From assembly GCA_041394265.1 (NCBI GenBank), contig JAWKIO010000005.1:925976-989975 (forward strand): a DNA stretch of 64,000 nt. The letters are read 5' to 3'. Shown piece by piece: positions 34,931 to 44,593 of the stretch (positions within the stretch are counted from its first letter, which is position 1; each line of letters opens with the position of its first letter). The translations under genes and the position numbers were made by a program. The DNA is from Acidimicrobiales bacterium (lineage in GTDB: Bacteria > Actinomycetota > Acidimicrobiia > Acidimicrobiales > SZUA-35). A model generated the notes under the pieces. That model saw only the letters and a list, made by a program, of their open reading frames with translations, did not search any database and was not told the origin of the DNA.

Positions 34931-36139
34931 GTGACGGCACGCTCGGGGATCATCGCACGACGCCTGGGCGCTGCCGGACTCTCGACCGCAGCGGTGATCG
35001 TCCCTCTCACCACGATCGTGTCGCATTCGTTCGCGCGCTCGTCCTATCCGCTCCTCCTGCCGGCGATCAAGGACGACATGGTGTTGTCCAACACCCAGGC
35101 CGGGGTCGGAGGTACGGCCATCTTCGCCGCCTACCTCACGGGGGTGATCGTGGTGACGCTGGTGTCGGGAGCGGTCGAACCGGTCACGATCCTTCGCAGC
35201 GGGCTGGCCGTCTCCGGCCTCGGCCTGGTGCTGATCGCGCTCTCGCCATCGTTTCCGTTCCTACTGCTGGGGTTGGTGCTGTCGAGTTCGGGCGGCGCCG
35301 GCATCTGGATCACCGCCCCACTGCTCGCCACCGAAGGGGTTGCCGCCGACCGGCGAGGCATCGTGATCGGCCTGCTCACCGGCACCATCGGCCTCGGCAC
35401 TTCGGCCGTCGCGCTCGGCACTCGCCTGGCCCGCACCAGCACCGGCAACGCCGACCTGTGGCGACCGATCTATACCGTCGAGGCCGTCGTCACCGTGGCC
35501 GTGCTCCTCATCGTGCTTGGTGGCGTCCGCGCTCGGGTCACGGCCCGTACCCCCGGTGGCCGGATCTCCCTCGTCGGGCTGCGCACCGTTCCGGGCTGGA
35601 AGGCGATCACGATCGCGTACGTGATGTTCGGCGCCATTGCCTCGGGGTACACCTCGTTCCTCGCCGAGGCGCTCGAGGAGGACGGCGGGTTGTCTCGCTC
35701 CGCCGTGGCCAACATCTACATCGGCTTGGGGATCACGTCGCTGTTCGGCGCCCCGCTCATGGGGTGGATCTCGGATCGGGCCGGTCGGCGGCGGGCCCTG
35801 ATGGCCGTGATGATCATGATCATGATGGTGTCGACCACCGTCGCGCTCGTCACCGGCCCGCTGCTGGCGCTCACCGTGCTGACCGTCGGTGGCATGTGGG
35901 CCAGCTATCCGACGCTCACGGCCACGTACATGCGCGACCATCTCGAAGACCGCACGTTCGGCGCGGCGTACGGCACGATGACGATCTTCTACGCGATGGC
36001 CGCGGTGCCGCCACCATTCCTCGTCGGAGCGATCGCCGACTGGCGGGGATCGTTCACGGCTTCCTACCTCCTCGTGACGGCGCTGGCCGTCGCCGGACTC
36101 CTCGCCTTGCGCGGCCTGCCGAGGGAGAGCGCGACGTGA
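34931..36139 (+). CDS. MFS transporter (YbfB/YjiJ-like)
   Basis: 402 aa with about 12 hydrophobic helices. GTG start, divergent from the DLH operon. Confidence 0.8.
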   Translation: MTARSGIIARRLGAAGLSTAAVIVPLTTIVSHSFARSSYPLLLPAIKDDMVLSNTQAGVGGTAIFAAYLTGVIVVTLVSGAVEPVTILRSGLAVSGLGLVLIALSPSFPFLLLGLVLSSSGGAGIWITAPLLATEGVAADRRGIVIGLLTGTIGLGTSAVALGTRLARTSTGNADLWRPIYTVEAVVTVAVLLIVLGGVRARVTARTPGGRISLVGLRTVPGWKAITIAYVMFGAIASGYTSFLAEALEEDGGLSRSAVANIYIGLGITSLFGAPLMGWISDRAGRRRALMAVMIMIMMVSTTVALVTGPLLALTVLTVGGMWASYPTLTATYMRDHLEDRTFGAAYGTMTIFYAMAAVPPPFLVGAIADWRGSFTASYLLVTALAVAGLLALRGLPRESAT

Positions 36140-36182
36140 GCCACCCATGGGAGGCGCAGCGTGAGCCGCTACACAGGATGAC

Positions 36183-36977
36183 ATGACGCTCGATCCCGCC
36201 CTGACCGCTGCGCTCGACGATCTGGCGACCGCGCCCTCGCTCCTCGTCGCGTCGGACTTCGACGGCGTGATCGCACCGATCGTCGCCGACCCCGCCGCCG
36301 TGCAGGCTCGGCCGGGCTCACTCGAGGCGCTGGCCGCCCTCGGTTCGCTCGACAACACCGAGGTCGCGCTGGTCTCCGGGCGATCGCTCGACTTCCTTCA
36401 GAACATCCCCGGCGCACCCAGCGGTGTGTGGCTCGCCGGCAGCCACGGTGCCGAACTGGGTCATCGTCCGCCGGCGGCGTTGGAGCCGAAGCAACAACAC
36501 TTGCTCGATCTGGTCACCAGCGATCTTCGTACGCTCGCCAACTCGACCGACGGAGCGAGCGTCGAGGAAAAGAGTGGCAGCGTGGCGTTCCACTATCGCA
36601 ACGTCGACCCATCGCTGACGTCGTCGTTGCGCTCGACGGTGCTCGACGGCCCGGGAGCGTTGGCCGGCATCGAGACGAAGTTCGGGAAGATGGTCATCGA
36701 ACTGGCCGTGTTCACGGCGAACAAGGGGCACGCCATCGGGGCGATCCGCCACGACAGCGGTGTCGAGCGGGTGATGTATCTCGGCGACGACGTGACCGAC
36801 GAGGATGCGTTCGAGATCCTCGTCGAAGGCGATGTCGGCATCAAGGTCGGCGAAGGGGCGACCGCCGCGCCGTGGCGGGTGGCCGATCCCGACGAGGTGA
36901 CAATGGTGCTCGAGTATCTCCTCGACGCCCGACGCCGCCACTGGGTCCTGAACACCGGGTTGCCTACCGGCACCTGA
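36183..36977 (+). CDS. otsB: trehalose-phosphatase
   Basis: 264 aa. HAD motif I LLVASDFDGVIAPIV, motif SGRS, KGHAIGAI and GDDVTDEDAF, typical of OtsB. Confidence 0.85.
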   Translation: MTLDPALTAALDDLATAPSLLVASDFDGVIAPIVADPAAVQARPGSLEALAALGSLDNTEVALVSGRSLDFLQNIPGAPSGVWLAGSHGAELGHRPPAALEPKQQHLLDLVTSDLRTLANSTDGASVEEKSGSVAFHYRNVDPSLTSSLRSTVLDGPGALAGIETKFGKMVIELAVFTANKGHAIGAIRHDSGVERVMYLGDDVTDEDAFEILVEGDVGIKVGEGATAAPWRVADPDEVTMVLEYLLDARRRHWVLNTGLPTGT

Positions 36978-36995
36978 AGACGGCACCTGAAAACC

Positions 36996-37031
36996 GGACC
37001 ACCCCGCCAGCGGTGGCTGGCGGGGTGGTTC
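36996..37031. terminator. bidirectional intrinsic terminator hairpin between convergent otsB and the small basic-protein gene
   Basis: Perfect 14-bp stem ACCACCCCGCCAGC (36998-37011) / GCTGGCGGGGTGGT (37016-37029) with loop GGTG. On the minus strand it is followed by CCGGTTTTC (U-tract); on the plus strand by TTC. Confidence 0.6.
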
Positions 37032-37056
37032 GCTGCGTCGACCCGTTCGACCTCGT

Positions 37057-37365
37057 TCAGGCTGCTTCTTGGAGCAGACGCTCTTGCTCGAGGTTGCGAC
37101 GGCGGCGCTCGATCGTGCGGCGCTTCCACGCCTTGGTCTTCCAGTGCCTGGTCTTCTTCTTTTTCTTCGGCTTCACCCTGGGCGGGTGATCGAACTTCGG
37201 TCGGGTGAACACTTCACCCTCGGGATCGGCAACGGTGTGGAGTTCCTGTGTGGCACGATGCCGGGCCTTTCGGTGTTCCTTGGAGCGGAGGTCTTTGTCC
37301 GGCCGGAGAAGAATCTCGTCGGCTCGATCCGATCGAAGGGCGTCGGCCCGATGGCGTGTACTCAC
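37057..37365 (-). CDS. small, highly basic hypothetical protein (102 aa, KKKKK tract)
   Basis: GTG 37365 is preceded by AGGAG 8-12 nt upstream. Sequence: ...RPKFDHPPRVKPKKKKKTRHWKTKAWKRRTIERRRRNLEQERLLQEAA. Terminator just downstream. I recognise no family. Confidence 0.5.
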   Translation of the reverse strand: MSTRHRADALRSDRADEILLRPDKDLRSKEHRKARHRATQELHTVADPEGEVFTRPKFDHPPRVKPKKKKKTRHWKTKAWKRRTIERRRRNLEQERLLQEAA

Positions 37366-37749
37366 AGGAACTCGCTCCTATCTGCCAAGCTTGACTTGGC
37401 ACTTCAGCCCTGAGTCACCGGAGCGCACCAGGGCCTCACCGTTGTAGATATGCGTTATTCGTGTTCTGTATTTCCTTGGTGTTTCGCACCTGTTTCAGCT
37501 GGTGGGAGCCACCAGCTGCGCTTCGGTACGTCGTTCATTGGAGCACAAATCGACCCATTCCTCAATGGTTCTTTGGCCCCAATCACAAAACAGCATCGAC
37601 CAACTTGTGGCGATCTGTCACTCCTGGTGATGCTTGTCCAATGAGTGGGCCGCTCCACGAGGTCGGAAGCGTTGCGAGTTGTGAGCCCCAGCGAACAACT
37701 CGGTAAGAGAGCGAGCGCTAGCGAGCGAACGACAGCGAGCCGAACGACG

Positions 37750-38628
37750 CTAGCCGAAGCGACCCTCGACGTAGTCCTGCGTTGCCTGCTGCTTCGGGTT
37801 CGAGAAGATGACGACGGTGTCGTCCATCTCGACGAGCTTGCCCGGCTTGCCGGTGCCCTCGATGCTGAAGAAGCCGGTGCGGTCCGACACACGGGCGGCC
37901 TGCTGCATGTTGTGGGTCACGATGACGATGGTGTAGCGCTCCTTGAGCTCCATCATCAGCGACTCGACTGCAAGGGTCGAGATCGGATCGAGGGCCGAAC
38001 ACGGCTCGTCCATCAGGAGCACGTCGGGTTCGACGGCGATGGCCCGAGCGATGCACAGCCGCTGCTGCTGGCCGCCGGAGAGACCCGAGCCCGGCTTGTC
38101 GAGGCGATCCTTCACCTCATCCCACAGGTTCGCACCACGCAACGACGACTCGACCAGCTCGTCGGCGTCGGCCTTCTTGAGGCGCTTGGAGTTGAGTCGC
38201 TTGCCGGCGAGCACGTTCTCGGCGATCGACATCGTGGGGAACGGGTTCGGACGCTGGAACACCATGCCGACCTTGCGCCGTACCGCCACCGGATCGACAT
38301 CGGCACCGTACAGATCGATCCCGTTGAGTTCGATCGTGCCCTCGACACGGGCACCCGGGATCACCTCGTGCATCCGGTTGATCGACCGAAGGAACGTCGA
38401 CTTGCCACACCCCGATGGGCCGATGAGTGCAGTGATCGAGCGACCCTCGATGCGCATGTTGACGTCTTCCACCGCTCGGAAGTTGCCGTAGTAGATGTTG
38501 AGATTCGAGACCTCGATCCGGTGGTCGTCACCCGGGCGGTCGGCGATGATCACCGGTCCGGCGTCGGCTGCGGTCTCGGTCACGGTGATCTCTCCGGTGG
38601 CTGAGGTGGTCGAGGTGGAGGGGGTCAT
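37750..38628 (-). CDS. pstB: phosphate ABC transporter ATP-binding protein
   Basis: From ATG 38628 (ATGA overlap with the pstA stop). Walker [10 protein letters not shown], signature [14 protein letters not shown], Walker [12 protein letters not shown], and C-terminus DYVEGRFG typical of PstB. Confidence 0.95.
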   Translation of the reverse strand: MTPSTSTTSATGEITVTETAADAGPVIIADRPGDDHRIEVSNLNIYYGNFRAVEDVNMRIEGRSITALIGPSGCGKSTFLRSINRMHEVIPGARVEGTIELNGIDLYGADVDPVAVRRKVGMVFQRPNPFPTMSIAENVLAGKRLNSKRLKKADADELVESSLRGANLWDEVKDRLDKPGSGLSGGQQQRLCIARAIAVEPDVLLMDEPCSALDPISTLAVESLMMELKERYTIVIVTHNMQQAARVSDRTGFFSIEGTGKPGKLVEMDDTVVIFSNPKQQATQDYVEGRFG

Positions 38629-39704
38629 CGGAGTCCCTTTGGTTTCAGAATGGTCGCCAGCACTCGAGCGAGTGTGAACAGGATGGCAACGACGATGATG
38701 AGGACGAGCGCCGCCCCCCACGCCCGATCGATCGAGAGCTCGGGCGGAAGCGTGGGCTGGGCGAAGCTGTAGTAGGCCTGAACCGGCAAGGTGGTCATAC
38801 GGCCGCTGAGCGGATTCCAGTTGGTGTCCTGCGCCAGGCCGGCGGTGACGAGCAATGGCGCCGTCTCGCCGATGACTCGGGCGATGGCGAGCGTGGCACC
38901 GGTGAGGATGCCGCCGATCGAGGTGGGCAGCACGACCTTCGTGATGGTCTTCCACTTCGGCACCCCGAGGGCGAGCGACGCCTCGCGGAGCTCGTTCTGC
39001 ACGAGCCGCAGCATCTCCTCGGACGATCGGATCACCACCGGGGTCATGAGCACGGTGAGAGCAACGGCGCCGGCCAGGCCCGACCGAGCGCCCGAACCCT
39101 GGAAGAGCACGAACAGTGAGTAGGCGAACAAGCCGGCAACGATCGATGGGATGCCGGTCATGACGTCGACCATCATCGTGATCACTCGGCTGAGCCGGGA
39201 CCCGGTGTCGCCGTACTCGACGAGGTAGACGGCGGTGAACAGGCCGAAGGGCACCGAGAACAGCGTGGCCAGCCCAGTGACGATCAACGTGCCGATCAGG
39301 GCGTGCTTGATACCGCCCCCTTCGCCGACGACGTTACGCATGGTGTCGGTGAAGAAGGTGGCGTCCATGCGTCCGGACCCGCGGGTGACGACGGTCCACA
39401 GCAGCGAGACCAGCGGGATCATCACCAGCCCGAACGCTCCGGTGACGGTGGCGGTGGCGACACGATCCTTCGCCTTGCGTGCACCCTCGACCGAGGCCGA
39501 GATGGCGTAGAGGAGACCGAGGAACAGCGGTGCAGCGATCAGCCCGGCCTTGACGGGATGGAAGCCGCCGAGCGCGGCCGCGAGTCCCGAGCCGACGGCA
39601 ATCGCTGCGATGCCGATACCGACGCTGGCGCCAGCGGGAAGATGGCCCGAGGTCATAGACATCGGCGAGCGTGAGCTGGTGTCGTGGCTGATGGCTGCAC
39701 TCAT
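38625..39704 (-). CDS. pstA: phosphate ABC transporter permease PstA
   Basis: 359 aa permease. Contains the EAA-type loop region ([20 protein letters not shown]). Sits within the pstSCAB order. Confidence 0.9.
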   Translation of the reverse strand: MSAAISHDTSSRSPMSMTSGHLPAGASVGIGIAAIAVGSGLAAALGGFHPVKAGLIAAPLFLGLLYAISASVEGARKAKDRVATATVTGAFGLVMIPLVSLLWTVVTRGSGRMDATFFTDTMRNVVGEGGGIKHALIGTLIVTGLATLFSVPFGLFTAVYLVEYGDTGSRLSRVITMMVDVMTGIPSIVAGLFAYSLFVLFQGSGARSGLAGAVALTVLMTPVVIRSSEEMLRLVQNELREASLALGVPKWKTITKVVLPTSIGGILTGATLAIARVIGETAPLLVTAGLAQDTNWNPLSGRMTTLPVQAYYSFAQPTLPPELSIDRAWGAALVLIIVVAILFTLARVLATILKPKGLR

Positions 39705-40711
39705 CCTGCTGCTCCCGAGAATCCGGCATTGGCGATGCGGCGGGCGGAGAAGTTCACGATGAAGGTGATGCCGAACAGGATCAGGCCACTTGCGATCAGG
39801 CGGTTGACCTCGAGGCCGTGTGACTCAGGGAATTTCAGCGCGATGTTGGCAGCAATGGTGTTCGGATTGGACACCGACACCAGGTTGGTGCTGATGAGTC
39901 CTTCGGTCGGCGACAGGATGATGGCCACCGCCATGGTCTCGCCGAGTGCTCGGCCGAGACCCAGCATGGCACCCGAGATCACGCCGGCTCGGCCGTAGGG
40001 GATGACCGCCTGCTGGATCATCTCCCACCGAGTGGCACCGAGGGCGAGCGAGGCCTCTTCGTGCAGCCTCGGCGTCTGCATGAAGACCTCGCGCGAGATG
40101 GCGGTGATGATGGGAAGGATCATGACGGCCAGCACCAGTGCGACGGTCAGCATCGTTCGACCGCTGGCAGCGGCCGGTCCCTTGAACAACGGGACGAACC
40201 CGGCGTTGTCCTCGAGCCAGGGATAGACATGCGTGCCCAACAGCGGTGCCAGGACGAAGATGCCCCACAGGCCGTAGACGACGCTGGGAATCGCAGCGAG
40301 GAGATCGACGAAGTAGCCGAGCGTCGCTGCCACCTTCTTCGGTGCGTAGTGGCTGAGGAAGAGCGCAACGGCAACGGCCATCGGCGTGGCGATCAGCAAC
40401 GCCAGCCCGGCCGCCCAGATGGTGCCGAAGATCAGCGGCACCACGTACTCGCCGAGCGTGCGATCGCCTTCGAGTTCGGTGAGGTCGTTGGTGAAGGCCG
40501 GAAGCGCCTCGCTCACCAGGAAGGTGGCAACTGCTGCCAAGGTCACGAGGATCAGGACCCCAGCGCCTCGTGAGAGGCTCCCGAAAACCCGATCGCCGAG
40601 TCGCGAGACCTGGTCGAGGCCTACCGGAGGGGTACGTTCGGCGGTGGTGGTCACCAGGGGGTCGCTTTCGTCGCCATCGGTGTCGAGTGCTCTCTCATCG
40701 TGGTGGGTCAA
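39701..40711 (-). CDS. pstC: phosphate ABC transporter permease PstC
   Basis: 336 aa permease with EASLALGATRWEMIQQAVIPYGR. 4-nt overlap with pstA. Confidence 0.9.
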   Translation of the reverse strand: MTHHDERALDTDGDESDPLVTTTAERTPPVGLDQVSRLGDRVFGSLSRGAGVLILVTLAAVATFLVSEALPAFTNDLTELEGDRTLGEYVVPLIFGTIWAAGLALLIATPMAVAVALFLSHYAPKKVAATLGYFVDLLAAIPSVVYGLWGIFVLAPLLGTHVYPWLEDNAGFVPLFKGPAAASGRTMLTVALVLAVMILPIITAISREVFMQTPRLHEEASLALGATRWEMIQQAVIPYGRAGVISGAMLGLGRALGETMAVAIILSPTEGLISTNLVSVSNPNTIAANIALKFPESHGLEVNRLIASGLILFGITFIVNFSARRIANAGFSGAAG

Positions 40712-40803
40712 TCGGGCGATGAGGTGTACATCAGGTGAACACTTGGGCGCAGCGAGACGAACAGTCCCGCTGCGCCCTGGTGTGCAACTGTTGACGACCG
40801 GGA

Positions 40804-41922
40804 TCAGCCGCCGGTGATCTGGTTGACGACCGCCTCGAGCTGGCCCCGCAGCGTGTCGGAGATCGGCGCCGAGCCGGCGGAGGCCGCAGCGGCCTCCTGG
40901 CCCTCGGCGGAGCCGACGTAGAGCATGAACTCGCGGACGAGATCAGCCGTGGCGGCGTCGGCGTACTCGAGACACACGATGTGGTAGGACACGAGCACGA
41001 TCGGATAGGTCCCCGATTCGGTGGTATCACGCACGAGCTCGAACGAGTAGTCGTTGTCGCTCAGGGCGACACGGTTGGAGACGTCCATGATCTTGGCGGC
41101 AGCCTCGGGGCTGTACGGAACGAAGTCCTCGCCGACCTGGATGGCGGCAGTGCCGAGCGAACCGACCTGCGAGGCGTCGGCGTAGCCGATCGATCCCTCG
41201 CCGGCGCCGATGGCAGCAACGACACCGGAGGTGCCCTGTGCGCCCTCGCCGCCGACGTCCGGCCACACCTCAATGGAGCCGAAGGTCCACACGTCGGGCT
41301 CGACCGCGCCGAGATAGTCGGTGAAGTTGGCGCTGGTGCCGGACTCGTCGGAGCGGTGCACCGGGTTGATGGTGAGGTCCGGCAGCTCGGCGTCGGGGTT
41401 GGCGTCGGCGATGGCCGGATCGTTCCAGTTGGTGATCTCACCGGCAAAGATGCCGGCGAGGGCGGCCGTGGTGAGCTTCAGGTCGGTGACGCTGGGGAGG
41501 TTGTAGGCCACTGCGATCGGCGAAATGTAGTGGGGCAGGTTGACCGCACCCTGATCGCCGGCGCAGACGTCCTTCGACGCGGTGTATTCCTCTTCGTTGA
41601 TCGCACGGTCGGAACCGGCGAAGCTCGAGCCGCCGGCAAGGAAGGTCTCACGACCGCCACCGGAACCGATCGGGTCGTACTCGACCGTGACGTCGGGGTT
41701 GGCCGTCTGGAAACCGGCCTGCCAACCCTGCATGGCGGCCGCCTGTGAGGAGGCACCGGCACCGACGAGCGTGCCGGACAGCCCGGATCCGCTGTCGCCA
41801 CCGCCGGCATCCGTCGCCGCATCTGAAGAGCTGCCGCCGCAGGCACTGGCCGAGAGCGCCAGTGCGGCAAGCAACGAGGTGATCTTCAGGAAGCGCCCCG
41901 ATTGGGCACTCGTGGTCATCAT
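40804..41922 (-). CDS. pstS: phosphate-binding lipoprotein PstS
   Basis: 372 aa. Lipobox LALSASAC. GAGASSQAAAMQGWQAGF...YDPIGSGGGRETF is the PstS signature region. Confidence 0.9.
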   Translation of the reverse strand: MMTTSAQSGRFLKITSLLAALALSASACGGSSSDAATDAGGGDSGSGLSGTLVGAGASSQAAAMQGWQAGFQTANPDVTVEYDPIGSGGGRETFLAGGSSFAGSDRAINEEEYTASKDVCAGDQGAVNLPHYISPIAVAYNLPSVTDLKLTTAALAGIFAGEITNWNDPAIADANPDAELPDLTINPVHRSDESGTSANFTDYLGAVEPDVWTFGSIEVWPDVGGEGAQGTSGVVAAIGAGEGSIGYADASQVGSLGTAAIQVGEDFVPYSPEAAAKIMDVSNRVALSDNDYSFELVRDTTESGTYPIVLVSYHIVCLEYADAATADLVREFMLYVGSAEGQEAAAASAGSAPISDTLRGQLEAVVNQITGG

Positions 41923-41985
41923 GTGAACCTCTCCTAGGTCATCGTGTGTCGTCAGGCCCGGCCTGACGGAATCGACGCTATGGGT

Positions 41986-42033
41986 GCCAGGTGAACCGCC
42001 AGGGGGACGAAGATGAACATCAGGTGCTGAACG
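41986..42033 (-). promoter_or_regulatory. PHO-box-like GTTCA direct repeats upstream of pstS
   Basis: Minus-strand reading: GTTCAGCACCT-GAT-GTTCATCTTCG-TCCCCCTGGCG-GTTCACCTGGC. The second and third GTTCA are 22 nt (2x11) apart; the first and second are 14 nt apart. The site lies about 65-110 nt upstream of the pstS ATG. Confidence 0.3.
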
Positions 42034-42149
42034 GGCAACGATCAGGCATCGGTGCGTCAGGCGTCACCCGAACGAGCCGCCAACACCAGCATCGACGTGC
42101 CCATCGTCACGGGCTGGAGGGATCGGGTGCGGTCCAATAGTGTGCGCCC

Positions 42150-43403
42150 ATGAGCACCGATGACCGTCCGACCGACCCCGACTCGATCGCCGTGCACGGA
42201 ACCCACCACCCAGACTTCGCTGCGGTGCGGCGCGAGTTCGAGCGCAACTTCGCCGAGCGGGGCGAGCTCGGCGCCGCCGTCGTGGTGATGGTCGACGGTG
42301 AACGAGTCGTCGATCTGTGGGGCGGTTCGGTCGCCGCGCCTCGTGAGGATCGCCCGGCCGCCGACTGGCAGCCCGACACGCTCGTCACCGTGTTCTCCTG
42401 CACGAAAGCGGCCACCGCCGCCTGTCTGCATCTGCTCGCCGACCGGGGTGAGGTCGACCTCCAGACGCCGCTCGCCGACATCTGGCCCGAGCTCCTCGCC
42501 GCCACCACGCCGGCGGCGAACGGGCCCACCCGAGTCCACATGGCACTCGACCACTCCCTCGGCCTCCCTGCGGTTCGACGACCATTGGGACCGCACGACT
42601 GCGTCGACTGGGACACCATGGTCGCAGCGCTCGAGGCCACCGAACCGTGGTGGACACCGGGCGAGGCCAATGGGTATCACATGCTCACCTTCGGATGGAC
42701 GGTGGGCGAGATCGTTCGCCGAGTGTCGGGGATGAGCCTCGGCGAGTACTTCCGCACACAGATCGCCGAGCCGGTCGGGGCCGACTTCCACATCGGGCTC
42801 GACCGGGCCGAACACCACCGCATGGCCAAGGTGTCGGCCTGGCGGCCCGAGCCGGGATGGTCGTCGTCGTTCACCGAGGCACTCGTCGCCGACCGTGAGG
42901 GCCTCCAGGCGAAGGCCTTGCTCAATGGTGGCGGCTTCAGCGCCAACGACCCGGCGGTGTGGGAGGCCGAGATCGGTGCCGCCAACGGCACGGCGTCGGC
43001 CCGAGGCCTCGCCACCTTCTACCGCCCGCTTGCGGCCAACGACTCCTCGCTGCTCTCACCCGAGTCGATCGAACGCCTCGCCCGACCCACCACCATCAGC
43101 GAGATCGACCGCACCCTCCTCGTGCGCACCCGATTCGGCGAAGGCTTCATGCTCTCGATGGACAATCGGGATCAGCCGGCCGGCCAACGCGACTCCGCCG
43201 TGATCGGGGCCGGTGCGTTCGGCCATGTCGGCGCTGGTGGTTCGATCGGGTTCGCCGACCCATCGGCCGGCCTGAGCTTCGCCTACGTCATGAATCAGCA
43301 GGGACCGGGCATCCTCCTCAACGAACGCGGACAGTCGTTGGTCGACGCCACCTACCGCTCGCTCGGCTTCACGCCCGGCGCCGACGGCAGCTGGACCCGG
43401 TGA
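42150..43403 (+). CDS. serine hydrolase, beta-lactamase/esterase (class C-like, EstB-type) family
   Basis: 417 aa. S-x-x-K motif in VFSCTKAATA, and a YH motif region (GYHMLTFGW). Confidence 0.85.
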   Translation: MSTDDRPTDPDSIAVHGTHHPDFAAVRREFERNFAERGELGAAVVVMVDGERVVDLWGGSVAAPREDRPAADWQPDTLVTVFSCTKAATAACLHLLADRGEVDLQTPLADIWPELLAATTPAANGPTRVHMALDHSLGLPAVRRPLGPHDCVDWDTMVAALEATEPWWTPGEANGYHMLTFGWTVGEIVRRVSGMSLGEYFRTQIAEPVGADFHIGLDRAEHHRMAKVSAWRPEPGWSSSFTEALVADREGLQAKALLNGGGFSANDPAVWEAEIGAANGTASARGLATFYRPLAANDSSLLSPESIERLARPTTISEIDRTLLVRTRFGEGFMLSMDNRDQPAGQRDSAVIGAGAFGHVGAGGSIGFADPSAGLSFAYVMNQQGPGILLNERGQSLVDATYRSLGFTPGADGSWTR

Positions 43404-44593
43404 CGCGAACGCGCTCCGACCGGGCGCCGGGTCTCGTCAACGGGGCCACGCTCCCCTACTACGTCGGCGGGTTCCTGGGCCCGTTCGGCACGCTGGTCGT
43501 CACGCCCATCTACCCCGAGCTCGAGAAGAGCTTCAGCGCATCGTCCGAGGCGGTCAACTGGGGTTTCAGCGGCTACTTCCTGCCGATGGCGGTGATGATG
43601 CTGGTGTCGGGCACGATCGGCGAGCGCTACGGTCGGGCCCGGGTGATGCGCATCACCTACATCGGCTACGCGATCGCCACGGTGCTCGCGATCCTTGCCC
43701 CGTCGCTCGGCTGGTTCATCGCCGCCCGGGTCCTGCAGGGGCTGGGCAACGCCTTCTTCACGCCGCTCATGCTGGCCGGGCTGGCCGACATCACCGAACC
43801 CAAGCGACTCGGTCGAGTCATGGGCATGTACTCGAGTTTCCAAGCCGCCGGCGGCGCACTCTCCCCCATCGCCGGCGGTCTGGCCGCCCGCTACGACTGG
43901 CGCTACGCCTTCGTCGTCATCGCCGCCATGTCGTTCCTTCTGAGCTTCCGGCCGCCTCCGGGCGAACCGCGCCCCGATGCCCAGGCGCCGCCAATCAAGC
44001 CGCTGCTGACGTGGCGCATGGTGCTGCTGTGGATCACCGGGTTCGCCGCCGCCACCGGCCCGGTGGGCATCGGCGTCGTGGTCGGGGTCGCCAGCCGCAA
44101 GGGTCTCGACGCCTCGTCGACCGAGAGCGGACTGCTGTTGCTCGCTGGCGGGTGCGGCGCAGCCATCGTCGGCCCGCGATGGGGTTCCCTGCTCGACCGG
44201 CTCGGGATCCGCACGTACTCGCTGATTGGCACGGCGGTCGCCAGCCTCATCGTTGCCACCCTCGGCTTCGCCGACACCCTGCCGCTCCTCGCCGTCGGCT
44301 GGTTCCTTGGCGCCTCACTCGTGCCCGCAGTGGTCGTCGCACTCACGCACCTCGCAGCGAGTGCCGTCCCGACCAATCGAGGCGGCGCCCTCTCGTCGGT
44401 GCTCGCCTTCCGCTTTCTCGGCCACGCCGTCGGACCGATCATCTTGGTGCCGATCTACCTCGACCACCATCGGCTTGCGTTCATCCTCGCCGGCGCACTC
44501 GGGTTGATCTCGCTCATCGGCTTCGCACTCGTGTCCACGAGTCCCGAGGCCGACACCGCCCCGTCGTCGGACGTCAGCCCAGCTTCTCGCTGA
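43400..44593 (+). CDS. MFS transporter
   Basis: GTG 43400 overlaps the upstream TGA (GTGA). 12-TMS pattern with motif GTIGERYGRARVM. The upstream part of track ORF 42959-44593 is an Arg-rich alternative frame of the hydrolase gene. Confidence 0.8.
   Translation: MTRTRSDRAPGLVNGATLPYYVGGFLGPFGTLVVTPIYPELEKSFSASSEAVNWGFSGYFLPMAVMMLVSGTIGERYGRARVMRITYIGYAIATVLAILAPSLGWFIAARVLQGLGNAFFTPLMLAGLADITEPKRLGRVMGMYSSFQAAGGALSPIAGGLAARYDWRYAFVVIAAMSFLLSFRPPPGEPRPDAQAPPIKPLLTWRMVLLWITGFAAATGPVGIGVVVGVASRKGLDASSTESGLLLLAGGCGAAIVGPRWGSLLDRLGIRTYSLIGTAVASLIVATLGFADTLPLLAVGWFLGASLVPAVVVALTHLAASAVPTNRGGALSSVLAFRFLGHAVGPIILVPIYLDHHRLAFILAGALGLISLIGFALVSTSPEADTAPSSDVSPASR

Noticed and set aside
37450-37892. ORFs 37450-37644 (+), 37461-37706 (+) and 37455-37892 (-) in the pstB-downstream gap
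   Set aside because: Atypical composition and low GC3 compared with neighbouring genes. No RBS and no motifs. The minus-strand ORF overlaps the pstB 3' end. I treat the region as non-coding.
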